From positions 1-47,712 of the forward strand of contig CBFHKU010000012.1 of NCBI GenBank assembly GCA_965656495.1: a stretch of DNA of 47,712 bases. Reading direction: 5' to 3'. Of the stretch, positions 34,043 through 43,735 are shown one piece after another. The notes under the pieces were generated by a model. The model was not told the origin of the DNA. It did not search any database and saw only the letters and a program-made list of their open reading frames with translations. Within the stretch, counting starts at the first letter, position 1; every line of letters starts with the position of its first letter. The translations under genes were made by a program, and so were the position numbers. This stretch comes from Coraliomargaritaceae bacterium. GTDB lineage: Bacteria > Verrucomicrobiota > Verrucomicrobiia > Opitutales > Coraliomargaritaceae.

Positions 34043-35347
34043 GTGAAAAATATTCGTAAAAAAGATTTATGGGTGATCGCACAGGGTTCTACTCTGGGAG
34101 GGTTTTTGCGGGTTGGTATCGAGGCGCTGGCAAGTGGGTTGGGGGTTGAATTACCGCTGGCGACGATTCTGGTAAACGTGAGCGGGTCGTTTTTGATTGG
34201 CTGGCTGGCGGGTAGTTGGGCGCAAGGCGGAACAGCGGTTTTAGGGTCCAATCGTTGGCATTTTTGGGTTACCGGTTTTTGCTGCAGTTACACGACCTTT
34301 TCTCTGTTCAGTATGCAAATGCTGGACCTCTTGCAGGGGGGATCCGGTCAACTGGCGGGATTGTATGTAGCGGGCAGTGTGGTGCTGGGCTTGCTGGCGG
34401 TTTGGTTGGGCTTTTCACTGGCACGGTGTCGTGCTGAACGCGAGGCAGTCTATAACGCCCGCATTGAATACTACGATCGCCGGAAAGCGGTGCTACAATG
34501 GGAACCGATATACGGGGAGGGGTTTTTGCGCTGGGCTTACGGCACGGGCATCGGTCGCCTCACGGTTCGCCTGATTGTGCAACGGGCATGGTTTTCAATC
34601 TGGTATGGTTGGCGCATGAACCAAGCGGCGAGCCGCGCGAAAATCGAGCCCTTCATTCAGCGTTTCCGCTTGGATCGCAGCGAGCTTGTCGAACCCGAAG
34701 GAGGCTTTGCTCATTTCAATGATTTTTTCTACCGGAAATTAAAACCGGGGGCGCGTCCCATTGCGGGCGGGTTGGATACGGTGGTCTTTCCGGCGGATGG
34801 CCGTCATCTCGCGATTCCCGATCTCGATGCCGCCGGGGTCTTTTATATCAAGGGACAGGCTTTTGATCTGGGGGCCTTTGTGGGGGATGCGGCGCTGGCG
34901 GAAGAATATGCGGGCGGGTCGCTTTTGATTTCGCGATTGTGCCCGATTGATTACCACCGTTTTCACTTTCCGCTGGCAGGGGAAGCCGATGCGCCCGTTT
35001 TGCTGGGTGGATGTTTATGTTCGGTGAGCCCGCTGGCCTTGCGGCGGCGGCTTGCGATATTATGGGAAAACCGGCGGGTACGGACGCGATTGCGCACGCC
35101 GCGATTCGGCGCGGTTCAGGTCTTTGAAGTGGGGGCGACCTGCGTGGGGGGGATTCACCAAACCTACAAGCCCGGGACAGTGGCGCAGGGCGGCGAGAAG
35201 GGCTATTTCAGCTTTGGAGGTTCCTGTGTGGTGACCCTGTTTAAACCCGGTGCAGTGAGATTTGACGCGGATTTAATCCAATATTCTGAGCAGGGTATCG
35301 AGGTGTATGCGCGGATGGGCGAAGCCTGCGGCAGCGCAAGGGGCTGA
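34043..35347 (+). CDS. psd: Fusion: Fluc/CrcB subunit 2 (N-terminal ~130 aa) + phosphatidylserine decarboxylase proenzyme
   Basis: N-term [30 protein letters not shown]-term [61 protein letters not shown]; no stop between domains; GTG start inferred. Confidence 0.85.
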   Translation: MKNIRKKDLWVIAQGSTLGGFLRVGIEALASGLGVELPLATILVNVSGSFLIGWLAGSWAQGGTAVLGSNRWHFWVTGFCCSYTTFSLFSMQMLDLLQGGSGQLAGLYVAGSVVLGLLAVWLGFSLARCRAEREAVYNARIEYYDRRKAVLQWEPIYGEGFLRWAYGTGIGRLTVRLIVQRAWFSIWYGWRMNQAASRAKIEPFIQRFRLDRSELVEPEGGFAHFNDFFYRKLKPGARPIAGGLDTVVFPADGRHLAIPDLDAAGVFYIKGQAFDLGAFVGDAALAEEYAGGSLLISRLCPIDYHRFHFPLAGEADAPVLLGGCLCSVSPLALRRRLAILWENRRVRTRLRTPRFGAVQVFEVGATCVGGIHQTYKPGTVAQGGEKGYFSFGGSCVVTLFKPGAVRFDADLIQYSEQGIEVYARMGEACGSARG

Positions 35348-35352
35348 GGCGA

Positions 35353-35805
35353 TTACTGTAATTGAAAGTCCGGGAATTGCGGGAGCTGGTCGAGGGCGTC
35401 GAGGAGGGTTGCTTCCGCAGTGCGCATTTTTTTTCGGTCGGCGTCGTTGCGGTCGTCAAAACCGCAAAGGTGTAGCCAACCATGAACGAGGTAGAGGGCG
35501 AGTTCGCGGGCGAAGGGGAGGTCGAGTTCGGCAGCGCGGGTGCGGGCATGATCGACCGAGACGATTATTTCCCCGGCGGATTGCATCTGCGGCTCGGGCG
35601 GGAAGGTGATGACGTCGGTGGGGCTGGGGTCATCCATGAATTGGGCATGGATGGTCGCGATAGCGGGGTCGTCGACAAAAACGATGGAGAGTTCCCCTGC
35701 GGGGAGCGCGAATTGCGGGAGGGATTGAAGGCAGTCGGTAAGGCTTTGGGTGGGGCCTTCGGGGTCACGAAGGGCGGGGTAGCGGTTACTGACGGCGAGT
35801 TCCAT
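35353..35805 (-). CDS. ybeY: rRNA maturation endoribonuclease YbeY
   Basis: PTDVITF, GEIIVS, LVHGWLHLCGFDD; ATG at 35805. Confidence 0.9.
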   Translation of the reverse strand: MELAVSNRYPALRDPEGPTQSLTDCLQSLPQFALPAGELSIVFVDDPAIATIHAQFMDDPSPTDVITFPPEPQMQSAGEIIVSVDHARTRAAELDLPFARELALYLVHGWLHLCGFDDRNDADRKKMRTAEATLLDALDQLPQFPDFQLQ

Positions 35806-35806
35806 C

Positions 35807-38152
35807 TTAGGATTTGGGCGCGGCTTCGGGTTCGTTGGGGTCTTGGTCTTCGCCTTTGGGGTATTCAACGCGGGAATGGAGCATGTTGAGGAGGGTATAG
35901 ACAAAGCTTTCTCGGATCTTGTTGAGTTCCTGAAAGGTAAGGGGGCAATCGTCGAGTTGTCCGTCTTCGATACGGTCGCGGAAGATTTTGTCGATGAGGT
36001 CTTCAATGTTGGACTGGGTAACCTTGGGCAGGGTACGACTGGCGGCCTCAACACCATCGGCGAAGAAGATAATGGCGCTTTCCTTGAAGGCGGGGCGAGG
36101 ACCGTCGTAGCGGTAGGTGCTTTGATCGACTGCGGAGCCGTTGCTTTCGCTTTCCTTTTTGTTGGGGTCGTCTTTGAGTCGTTCGCGGGCCTGATGGTAG
36201 AAGTATTGGATGAGGCTGGTGCCGTGGTGCTGTTTGATGACATCAATGATAACGCTGGGCAGTTTGTTTTCGCGGGCGAGTTCGACGCCTTCCTTGACGT
36301 GGGCTTTGATGACGAGGGCACTCATGGAAGGGTTTTTTTCGTCATGGGGGTTGAGCCCGCCCCGTTGGTTTTCGGTAAAGTATTCGGGTTTTACGAGTTT
36401 GCCGATGTCATGGAAGAAGCAGCAGACGCGGCATAGGAGGGGGCTGGCGCCGATTGCGGCGGCGGCGTTTTCGGAAAGGTTGGCAACCATGAGGCTATGA
36501 TGGTAAGTGCCGGGCGCTTCGATTTGCATGCGTCGCAGGAGGGGGTGGTTGAAATCGGTGAGTTCGAGCAGGGTGATGTCGGTGGTGATTTTAAAGAGGT
36601 TTTCAAGGAGGGGCAGGACGCCCACTGCGATAATGCCGGAAAGGAGTCCGATGAGGAGGCTGACCGCGACGAGTTCGGCGATGAGTCCGGCAGAGAAATT
36701 GCTCAGGATGCCGGTCATGATGGCGGCGAGGGCGGCGGCAAGTCCGGCGAAGAATCCGGCACGGACCAGTCGGGTGCGGGAACGGATGTTGTTGGAATAG
36801 TAGGCACCGACGACCCCTGAAAGAAAGGCGATGAGGGTGAATTCAATGGAGTTGCCCTGGGAAATACCGAAGAGGGTGGCAATGACGAGGGTGGTGAAGA
36901 TAGCGGGCGTCATACCGGTTAGGGCCGCTACGAGAATGGGGGCAAGGGCGTAGGGGACGAAATGGGGCAGGATGCTGAGGACGCCCCGGTTGTTGACGGC
37001 GATGAGTTCCCCGATTTCGAGGATCAGGCGGATCGCAAGGAGATTGACCAAGAGGCAAACCGCTCCGATGACAAGAGCGCGGGAGCGGTTGGGATAGTTG
37101 CGAAGTCCTTGTTTGAGGTAGAGGCCAATCGCAATGAGCAGGAAGGAGGCGAGGACGAGTCGCTCAAGGAAGAGGGCATTGAAGAAGAGGGGGTCGTTTC
37201 CGCCTTCTAGGGCGGCGGCGGTGTATTGCTTCATGCGCTCGAGGTCGAGTTCGTCGATGATGGCGTCCGGTTCAATAAGGGTATCTCCTTGTTCGAAGGT
37301 AAAGCGGGTGGGTTGAATTTCCTGAATGGCGCGGTCGATGGCGGCAGCGGTGTCGCCTTCACTGTAAACGAGGTTATCGGTAAGGCCGGCGTTGAAGATA
37401 CCGAAAAGGGCGCGGGCGGTTTTGTCGTTGCGCGAGAGGGAATCGATTTCGCGGCGGAGGGCGATCTCAGCGGCGGAGCGGGTCCGGGCGGCAGCTAGAT
37501 TGTTGTTGCCGCTCTCCTCGAGGAGTTGAATGACGGCGATATTGCTACCGGTATTTTGTTGATCGCGGGCGGTGTAGATGCCGTCGTCGTAGAGCGTTTG
37601 GAGGGCGTCGAGGGCTTTTTCGAAGAGTTCAGCACGTTCTCTGGGGTTGGTGCGCTGGATGAGCTCAATGATAATGGCGGGTTCGATGGCGACTGCGGTG
37701 GTCTCGATCCACTCGCTGACGGCTTTGCTTTTTTCAGCATTGAGGCGTTCTTCGTCTTCATCCTCGAATTCAATGAGGACTTTCGCGATGCGGTTTTGAA
37801 GGTTGCTGAGGGCGGTGTTGAACTCGCGGAAGGGGGTATCGCTTCGTTTGAAAACAGGGGGTACCTGAGCGCGCATCGCAGTGGCCTGCTGCTGGCGAAT
37901 AATATCGCTGGTGTATTCAAAGGGGAATTCCGCGACGATTCGGGTCGGGGCGGGTTGGTTGAGCAGGATCTGAGGCCCCATCGGTTGACGTCCAAGGAAG
38001 GCGATACAGATGAGTCCAAGGACGAGGAGGCTGAAGAGGAAGGCTTCAAGGATTTGACGGGAATCAAACTGGAGCTTGCGGTTTTTGCGTTTGCGAAGGC
38101 GGCGCGCCTCTTTTTTGCGGCGCTTCTGGGTGGAGTTGTTTGAATCGGCCAT
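35807..38152 (-). CDS. 7TM-HD phosphohydrolase (PgpH-like, putative cyclic-di-AMP phosphodiesterase)
   Basis: Extracytoplasmic domain, TM bundle, APGTYHHS..VANL, HDIGK, YFTENQ, HHGT, ADGVEAASR; lies between phoH and ybeY. Confidence 0.85.
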   Translation of the reverse strand: MADSNNSTQKRRKKEARRLRKRKNRKLQFDSRQILEAFLFSLLVLGLICIAFLGRQPMGPQILLNQPAPTRIVAEFPFEYTSDIIRQQQATAMRAQVPPVFKRSDTPFREFNTALSNLQNRIAKVLIEFEDEDEERLNAEKSKAVSEWIETTAVAIEPAIIIELIQRTNPRERAELFEKALDALQTLYDDGIYTARDQQNTGSNIAVIQLLEESGNNNLAAARTRSAAEIALRREIDSLSRNDKTARALFGIFNAGLTDNLVYSEGDTAAAIDRAIQEIQPTRFTFEQGDTLIEPDAIIDELDLERMKQYTAAALEGGNDPLFFNALFLERLVLASFLLIAIGLYLKQGLRNYPNRSRALVIGAVCLLVNLLAIRLILEIGELIAVNNRGVLSILPHFVPYALAPILVAALTGMTPAIFTTLVIATLFGISQGNSIEFTLIAFLSGVVGAYYSNNIRSRTRLVRAGFFAGLAAALAAIMTGILSNFSAGLIAELVAVSLLIGLLSGIIAVGVLPLLENLFKITTDITLLELTDFNHPLLRRMQIEAPGTYHHSLMVANLSENAAAAIGASPLLCRVCCFFHDIGKLVKPEYFTENQRGGLNPHDEKNPSMSALVIKAHVKEGVELARENKLPSVIIDVIKQHHGTSLIQYFYHQARERLKDDPNKKESESNGSAVDQSTYRYDGPRPAFKESAIIFFADGVEAASRTLPKVTQSNIEDLIDKIFRDRIEDGQLDDCPLTFQELNKIRESFVYTLLNMLHSRVEYPKGEDQDPNEPEAAPKS

Positions 38153-38188
38153 GGTGCAGGGTGTTGAAGTGGTTTTAATCCGGAGGGA

Positions 38189-39142
38189 TCACTCGGGGGT
38201 ATGTTGGGTGTAGGCCCGGATGATCGATTGCACGAGGGGATGACGGACAACATCATCGCCGGTAAAGTGGAAAAGTTCAATATCCTTAATGTCTCTCAAA
38301 ATGCGGGCCGCTTCGACGAGACCCGAAGGTTTTGCGCGGGGCAGGTCGATTTGGGTGATGTCTCCGGTGACGACCATGCGGCTGCCGTCTCCGAGACGGG
38401 TGAGGAACATCATCATTTGCTCATGGGTGGTGTTTTGGGCCTCATCGAGTACGACGAAGGCGTTCGAGAGGGTACGTCCGCGCATGTAGGCGAGCGGGGC
38501 GATTTCGATAATGCCGCGCTCGAGGAGTTGGCCGGCGCTCTCCTTCCCGATCATTTGATACATGGCGTCGTAAAGGGGGGTGAGGTAGGGCAGGATTTTT
38601 TCCTGTAGTTCACCGGGCAGGAATCCGAGGGCTTCGCCGGCCTCGACTGCGGGACGAGTGATAATGATGCGTTCCACAGTGCCGGCGAGCAGTTCCTTGA
38701 GTGCCATCGCCATGGCGAGGTAGGTTTTTCCGGTACCTGCGGGGCCGATGCCAAAGGTGATGGGGTGCTTGTCGATGGCCTGCAGGTAGCATTTTTGGTT
38801 GAGGGTCTTGGGGATGATGCTGCGCTGCTTAAGCTCGATTACGTAGGGGTTTTGGTAGATTTGGCGCAATTCGCCGGCGCGTCCCTCCGCGACCGAGCGC
38901 AGGGTGTGGTGGAAGTCGGAGCCGCGAATGCGGAGGCCTTGTTTGCGGGCGGTGTCGAGTAATTGGAAGACTTGGGTGGCTTGGGCAATGGCATCGCTCT
39001 CGCCTTCAAAGGTGATCCAATCCTCCCGCGTGACGGTTTTTACCTGAAGGGCGCGGTCGATTTCGTCAAGGTAGCGCGGATCGTTGGCATAGAGCTGACT
39101 CAAATGCCTGGCATCGGGAAAATGTAAGGTTTCGGATGGCAT
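38189..39142 (-). CDS. phoH: PhoH/YbeZ-family ATPase
   Basis: GPAGTGKTYLA, RPAVEAGEALGFLPG, MRGRTL, DEAQN, DVVRHPLV; ATG at 39142. Confidence 0.93.
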   Translation of the reverse strand: MPSETLHFPDARHLSQLYANDPRYLDEIDRALQVKTVTREDWITFEGESDAIAQATQVFQLLDTARKQGLRIRGSDFHHTLRSVAEGRAGELRQIYQNPYVIELKQRSIIPKTLNQKCYLQAIDKHPITFGIGPAGTGKTYLAMAMALKELLAGTVERIIITRPAVEAGEALGFLPGELQEKILPYLTPLYDAMYQMIGKESAGQLLERGIIEIAPLAYMRGRTLSNAFVVLDEAQNTTHEQMMMFLTRLGDGSRMVVTGDITQIDLPRAKPSGLVEAARILRDIKDIELFHFTGDDVVRHPLVQSIIRAYTQHTPE

Positions 39143-39182
39143 TGGAAGGGATGGCGTAAGGGAGTTGTAGCGCGAATTGTGC

Positions 39183-39710
39183 CTAAAGGTGTTGGCGGAG
39201 GCGTTCCCACATGGATTGGAGGGCGTCCGGCAAAACACGGGTGTTTCCGATAACGGGCATGAAATTGGTATCGCCGTGCCAACGCGGGACAATGTGGCAA
39301 TGCAGGTGTGTTGGAATGCCCGCGCCGCCGGCGGTGCCAAAGTTGTAGCCGGTGTTGAAGCCGTTGGGTTTCAAGGCCCGGGTGAGGAGGTCTTGGGCTG
39401 CGGTGATGCAGTCAATGTGCTCGTGGCGGGCTTCAGGGGAGAGGCTTTGGAGGTCGGGGACTTCCTGATAAGGCACAACGAGGAGGTGTCCGGCGTTATA
39501 TGGATAGCGGTTTAGGACGGTGTAGTTATGTTTTCCGCGCAGGAGGATGAGGCTTTCGGCATCGTCCTGATCGGGGAGGGAGGTAAATGGATTGGCGGAA
39601 GCGGGGTCGGATTTGGGCGCGAGGATATAGGGCATGCGCCAATGGGCTTGCAGGCTTTCGAATCCCTGTGAGGCTTGGGATTGGAGGTTTGGATGGTTCG
39701 GATCTGGCAT
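39183..39710 (-). CDS. HIT-family nucleotide hydrolase
   Basis: LNRYPYNAGHLLVVP, HLHCHIVPRW, DTNFMP. Confidence 0.9.
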   Translation of the reverse strand: MPDPNHPNLQSQASQGFESLQAHWRMPYILAPKSDPASANPFTSLPDQDDAESLILLRGKHNYTVLNRYPYNAGHLLVVPYQEVPDLQSLSPEARHEHIDCITAAQDLLTRALKPNGFNTGYNFGTAGGAGIPTHLHCHIVPRWHGDTNFMPVIGNTRVLPDALQSMWERLRQHL

Positions 39711-39869
39711 GTATTCTCGTGTTAAAATAGTCCGGGTGGAGTCGGGGTCGAACCAAAAGCACCGTCTCAGAGGAGGGTTTGAAGTCGTATTTATGTGGTT
39801 GCTTTTGATCAGGGTAGGAGCTTTTTTCTTAAAGTCGCACTGTTTAGCCACTAATTTCTGATTAAAATC

Positions 39870-40943
39870 GTGACTGAGAATAAATCCGACATTTCTTTTT
39901 TGAGTTTACCTAGGCAGACGCTTTACGGCTGCTGCTTGATTTTGGGATTAGTGGTTTTCACGATCTGGGATCAGCTGCATTGGTGGCAGACCAATGACGA
40001 ATACAGTTTCGGTTACTTGGTTCCGCTTTTTGCGGCCTACGTTGTCTATGACCGTTGGCCCCAAATACAATCGTATCTTTTTCGGGGGATTCGTTTGGGG
40101 GATGCAACTCCGGAGGTGGCTCCCAAGAGGGGGATATGGACAGTACTTTTTGAATGGACGGCGCTCATTGGCGTATTGGCGGGGATCGTGTTGTTTTTGA
40201 TAGGGGGCTTGTTGCGCTCGGTTAGCGGACCGCAAAACCCGGCCTCGCTCGCGATATCCGTGGGTTTGGCATCGATCTCTTTATCGATGATCTTTATTTT
40301 CTCGAAGGAGCGTGCCGATGGCGTGGCGATGAGTTTGAAGGGACGCTTTGGGCTGACCTTTCTCTTTCTCTTTCCCGCGTTGATCTGGCTTTTGTCGGCT
40401 CCTTTGGTGGGCGTGGTACAAAAAGCGATTTTGGTGTTTCTGCAATCACAGGTGACCTCGGTGGTATTTACGGTTTTTGATTTGGTGGGTGCGAGTTTGG
40501 AACGTGAGGGTAGCGTTTTGGTGCTGAACGGTGAGGACCGGGTAGGGGTTGAAGAGGCCTGTTCGGGAATCCGCTCCTTGACTGCCTGCCTTTTTGCGGG
40601 GTCTTTTTTGGCGGCGGTCTTTTTACAGAAGTTTTGGAAGAAATTGCTGTTGATCGGTGCGGCGATGGGTCTCGCCTTTGTGACCAATATGTGCCGCGCG
40701 CTCTTTCTGACCTATTGGGCTTACAACCACGGATCCGGCGCGATTGATGATCATTGGGTTCTCCCTTTGGTCGGAGATATCGGATCGGTCCACGACGTAA
40801 CGGGATTCCTGATTCTGGGCGTGACCTGTGTGGGGCTGATGTGTCTACTGCCGATTTTTAATTATTCTCCGGAAATTCCGAGTGCGTTTCTGGATGAGGA
40901 ATCCGGCGAGCAGGCCGAAGGAGCGGGTACTTCGAACCAATAG
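39870..40943 (+). CDS. xrt: Exosortase (PEP-CTERM sorting transpeptidase family)
   Basis: Multi-TM; W...DEYSFGYLVP; catalytic triad contexts VEEACSGIRSL (Cys), NMCRA (Arg), VHD (His). Confidence 0.88.
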   Translation: MTENKSDISFLSLPRQTLYGCCLILGLVVFTIWDQLHWWQTNDEYSFGYLVPLFAAYVVYDRWPQIQSYLFRGIRLGDATPEVAPKRGIWTVLFEWTALIGVLAGIVLFLIGGLLRSVSGPQNPASLAISVGLASISLSMIFIFSKERADGVAMSLKGRFGLTFLFLFPALIWLLSAPLVGVVQKAILVFLQSQVTSVVFTVFDLVGASLEREGSVLVLNGEDRVGVEEACSGIRSLTACLFAGSFLAAVFLQKFWKKLLLIGAAMGLAFVTNMCRALFLTYWAYNHGSGAIDDHWVLPLVGDIGSVHDVTGFLILGVTCVGLMCLLPIFNYSPEIPSAFLDEESGEQAEGAGTSNQ

Positions 40944-40946
40944 CTT

Positions 40947-42467
40947 GTGAGCGAAGGCCAAAAAATCCTAATGGTGGCACCGGAGGTTGTGCCGCTGGTG
41001 AAAGTTGGAGGTCTAGCCGACGTGGTGGGGGCGCTTTCAAAGGCATTGAGCGGGCGCGGGCACGATGTGCGGATTGTTTTACCGAAATATGGGGCCTTGC
41101 GCGAAATTGAGAATGCCACCCCGCTGGAATCTTCGCCCTTGATTGTGCATCTGGGCGGACATGAAGCCTATGCTCAGGTATGGGAAATGCCGCTTCCCGG
41201 TTCAAAGGCGATCTGTTACCTCATCGAGCACAATTTATACTTCGATGGGCCTGAGGTGTATTGCGGTCCATCCGGTGACGAGGCCGACAATGGGCAGCGT
41301 TTTTCCTTTCTTTCCCGTGCGGCGATTGATCTGTGTTATCATTTGGATTGGATGCCGGACGTGGTGCACTGCCATGACTGGCCAACCGGGCTCTTGCCGG
41401 TTTACCTCAACACCACCGAGGTGGATCGACCGATGGGGCGTGCTGCTACCGTGATGACGCTGCACAATATGCAGCATCAGGGTTATTTTCCACGCGAGAC
41501 GATTCATTTTGCAGGCTTGCCGGAGTCGACCTTCCGCTCTGACAGTATCGAATCGTTTGGGCAGGTGAACATGCTGAAGGGCGGGATTTATCACTCCAGC
41601 AAGATTACGACGGTGAGCCCGACCTATGCGCGGGAAATTCAGGGCTCGGAGGGCGGTTGCGGACTGCAGCACCTCTTGCATTTTCGGGCAGCGGATTTAA
41701 TCGGGGTGATTAATGGAATTGATGAAGATGAGTGGGATCCCGCCAAAGATCCGCATTTGCCGAAGTGCTACGCTGCTGATGATCTTTCGGGGAAATCGGT
41801 CTGCAAGGCTGCGATGCAAAAGGCGTATGGTTTAAACGAGGCGGCGGGCGTACCGCTCTTTTCGGTGGTCTCGCGACTGGTGGATCAAAAGGGTCTGGAT
41901 TTATTGGTCGCCATGGGGGATCGACTGATGGAAACGATGGATGTGCAGGTGGCGGTATTGGGGACTGGTGACCCAGCACTGGAGGAGGCCTTCAAGGCTT
42001 TGGCGGCGCGCCATCCCGGGCGTTTTGCCGCCCATATCGGCTTTGATAACCAACTGGCGCACCTCTCGGTGGCGGGTTCGGATTTTTTATTGATGCCGAG
42101 TCGTTTCGAGCCCTGTGGGCTGAGTCAGATGTATTCCATGAAATACGGGGCGCCCCCCATTGTGCGTGCGACGGGCGGTTTGGTTGACTCAGTCGAGCCA
42201 TATGTTGAGGGCACGGGAATCGGGACGGGCTTTCGTTTTGATGCGGCCACTGCGCAGGCCTTTTATGATACGATTGGTTGGGCTTGTTCGACTTATTATG
42301 ATCGTCCGGAGGAGTATGCCCGATTGCAGGCAAACGGTATGACTGCTGATTTCAGTTGGGATCAGTCGGCGAACACTTACGAATCGGTCTACCGGTGGGC
42401 GATGGATGCGCGCAGTGAGGCGTTTGCGGCAAAGTCAGGCAGGGGTGCGGTTGACCTGACGCACTAA
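40947..42467 (+). CDS. glgA: Glycogen synthase
   Basis: KVGGLADV, HCHDW, TTVSPTYAREI, SRLVDQKGLD, MPSRFEPCGLSQ. Confidence 0.96.
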   Translation: MSEGQKILMVAPEVVPLVKVGGLADVVGALSKALSGRGHDVRIVLPKYGALREIENATPLESSPLIVHLGGHEAYAQVWEMPLPGSKAICYLIEHNLYFDGPEVYCGPSGDEADNGQRFSFLSRAAIDLCYHLDWMPDVVHCHDWPTGLLPVYLNTTEVDRPMGRAATVMTLHNMQHQGYFPRETIHFAGLPESTFRSDSIESFGQVNMLKGGIYHSSKITTVSPTYAREIQGSEGGCGLQHLLHFRAADLIGVINGIDEDEWDPAKDPHLPKCYAADDLSGKSVCKAAMQKAYGLNEAAGVPLFSVVSRLVDQKGLDLLVAMGDRLMETMDVQVAVLGTGDPALEEAFKALAARHPGRFAAHIGFDNQLAHLSVAGSDFLLMPSRFEPCGLSQMYSMKYGAPPIVRATGGLVDSVEPYVEGTGIGTGFRFDAATAQAFYDTIGWACSTYYDRPEEYARLQANGMTADFSWDQSANTYESVYRWAMDARSEAFAAKSGRGAVDLTH

Positions 42468-42485
42468 GTTGGTTTTATTTGAATA

Positions 42486-42911
42486 GTGACGGATTCGAAT
42501 CGAGATTTCAGCGAGGTCGTGCGTGCGATACGCAAGGACGATCCCCGATATGCGCGCGGGGCCTATTATTTCCTGCGGCAGGCCTTGGACTACAGCATAA
42601 AAAGTCTGCACGAGGACGGACAGCTGAATCAGGGGCACCATCTCTCAGGGCAGCAACTACTGGAGGGCATTCGGGTTTACGCGATTGAGCAATACGGGCC
42701 GATGGCGCGTTCGGTGCTGGAAAGCTGGGGGGTGAAGCGCTGCAGCGATTTTGGGAACATCGTCTTTAATCTGGTAGCCTGTCGGGTCCTTGGAAAAACC
42801 GAGAGTGACAGCCCCGAGGATTTCAATGACGGCTATGATTTTGAGGCGGCTTTTGATTTACCATTCCGCCCGGAAAAACAACCGAGCACCCGGCGGCCGC
42901 GCATGCTTTAA
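42486..42911 (+). CDS. Verrucomicrobia/Planctomycetes-restricted conserved protein (Minf_1886-like)
   Basis: DPRY..GAY.FL..AL, HLSGQQLLEG, YGPMA..VL..WG, DFGNIVFNLV, EDF...YDF. Confidence 0.75.
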   Translation: MTDSNRDFSEVVRAIRKDDPRYARGAYYFLRQALDYSIKSLHEDGQLNQGHHLSGQQLLEGIRVYAIEQYGPMARSVLESWGVKRCSDFGNIVFNLVACRVLGKTESDSPEDFNDGYDFEAAFDLPFRPEKQPSTRRPRML

Positions 42912-42922
42912 CAGTCAATGTT

Positions 42923-43735
42923 CTATTGCTTTGAAGGCGGCGGGGTACGGTGCGCGCGAAAGCTAAAGCTTTTCCCGTTTTGAGCGGTGCGCAGCGTTTC
43001 GGCCTCAACGCAGAAGTAGCGTTCCAGCAGGGTATCATTCAGGACCGCCTCGACATCGCCCTCCGCAACCAGTTGGCCGCCACAAAGCACTAAAAGGGCG
43101 TCGGCGTGCGCCGCTACCTGATTGGGATCGTGGAGCGCCGCGAGGACGGTGGTGTTACGGCGGGCGGTTTCCCTGAGGAGCTGAAGGAGTTGCTGTTGGT
43201 GGGAGAGATCGAGGCTGGTGGTGGGTTCGTCCAAGAGCAGGCAGCGGGGGGAATCGTCATCCTCCTCGCGCCAAATTTGGGCAAAGACCCGGGCGAGTTG
43301 CACCCGTTGTTGTTCGCCGCCGGAGAGATTGAGGTAGGAGCGCTCACGGAGCGTTTGCAATTGAAAGGCTTGGAGGGATGCCTCGATCGCCCGGGGGCCT
43401 TTTATCGTTTCGTTTTGGGTGGCACCAAAAGGACTACGACCCAGCGCGATGACTTCCTCAACCGTGTATTCAAAGGAAAGTTCCGCCCGTTGGGGCAGGG
43501 CACCGCGGATTTGCGCCAGTTCATTGAGCGGCCATTCCGTGAGCTCACGTCCGTTGATTGAGACCGTTCCGGTTTGCGCTTTGAGCTCGCCACTGAGAAT
43601 GCGCAGGAGGGTGCTCTTGCCCGCTCCGTTCGGGCCAAGGAGTCCGTAGAAACGCCCGGGTTCTAGTTGGAAGTTCACCGAATCGAGGAGTGTGCGTGCG
43701 CCTACAGAATACTGGATGCCGTTTGCCTGAATCAT
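42923..43735 (-). CDS. hmuV: Heme/iron-chelate ABC transporter ATPase (HmuV-like)
   Basis: GPNGAGKST, LSGGEQQRVQLARVFAQIW, LLDEPTTSLD. Confidence 0.82.
   Translation of the reverse strand: MIQANGIQYSVGARTLLDSVNFQLEPGRFYGLLGPNGAGKSTLLRILSGELKAQTGTVSINGRELTEWPLNELAQIRGALPQRAELSFEYTVEEVIALGRSPFGATQNETIKGPRAIEASLQAFQLQTLRERSYLNLSGGEQQRVQLARVFAQIWREEDDDSPRCLLLDEPTTSLDLSHQQQLLQLLRETARRNTTVLAALHDPNQVAAHADALLVLCGGQLVAEGDVEAVLNDTLLERYFCVEAETLRTAQNGKSFSFRAHRTPPPSKQ

Noticed and set aside
35806..36321. Long N-terminal extension of YbeY in the ORF track
   Set aside because: Overlaps the HD-domain gene in another frame; ATG 35805 gives a normal-length YbeY.
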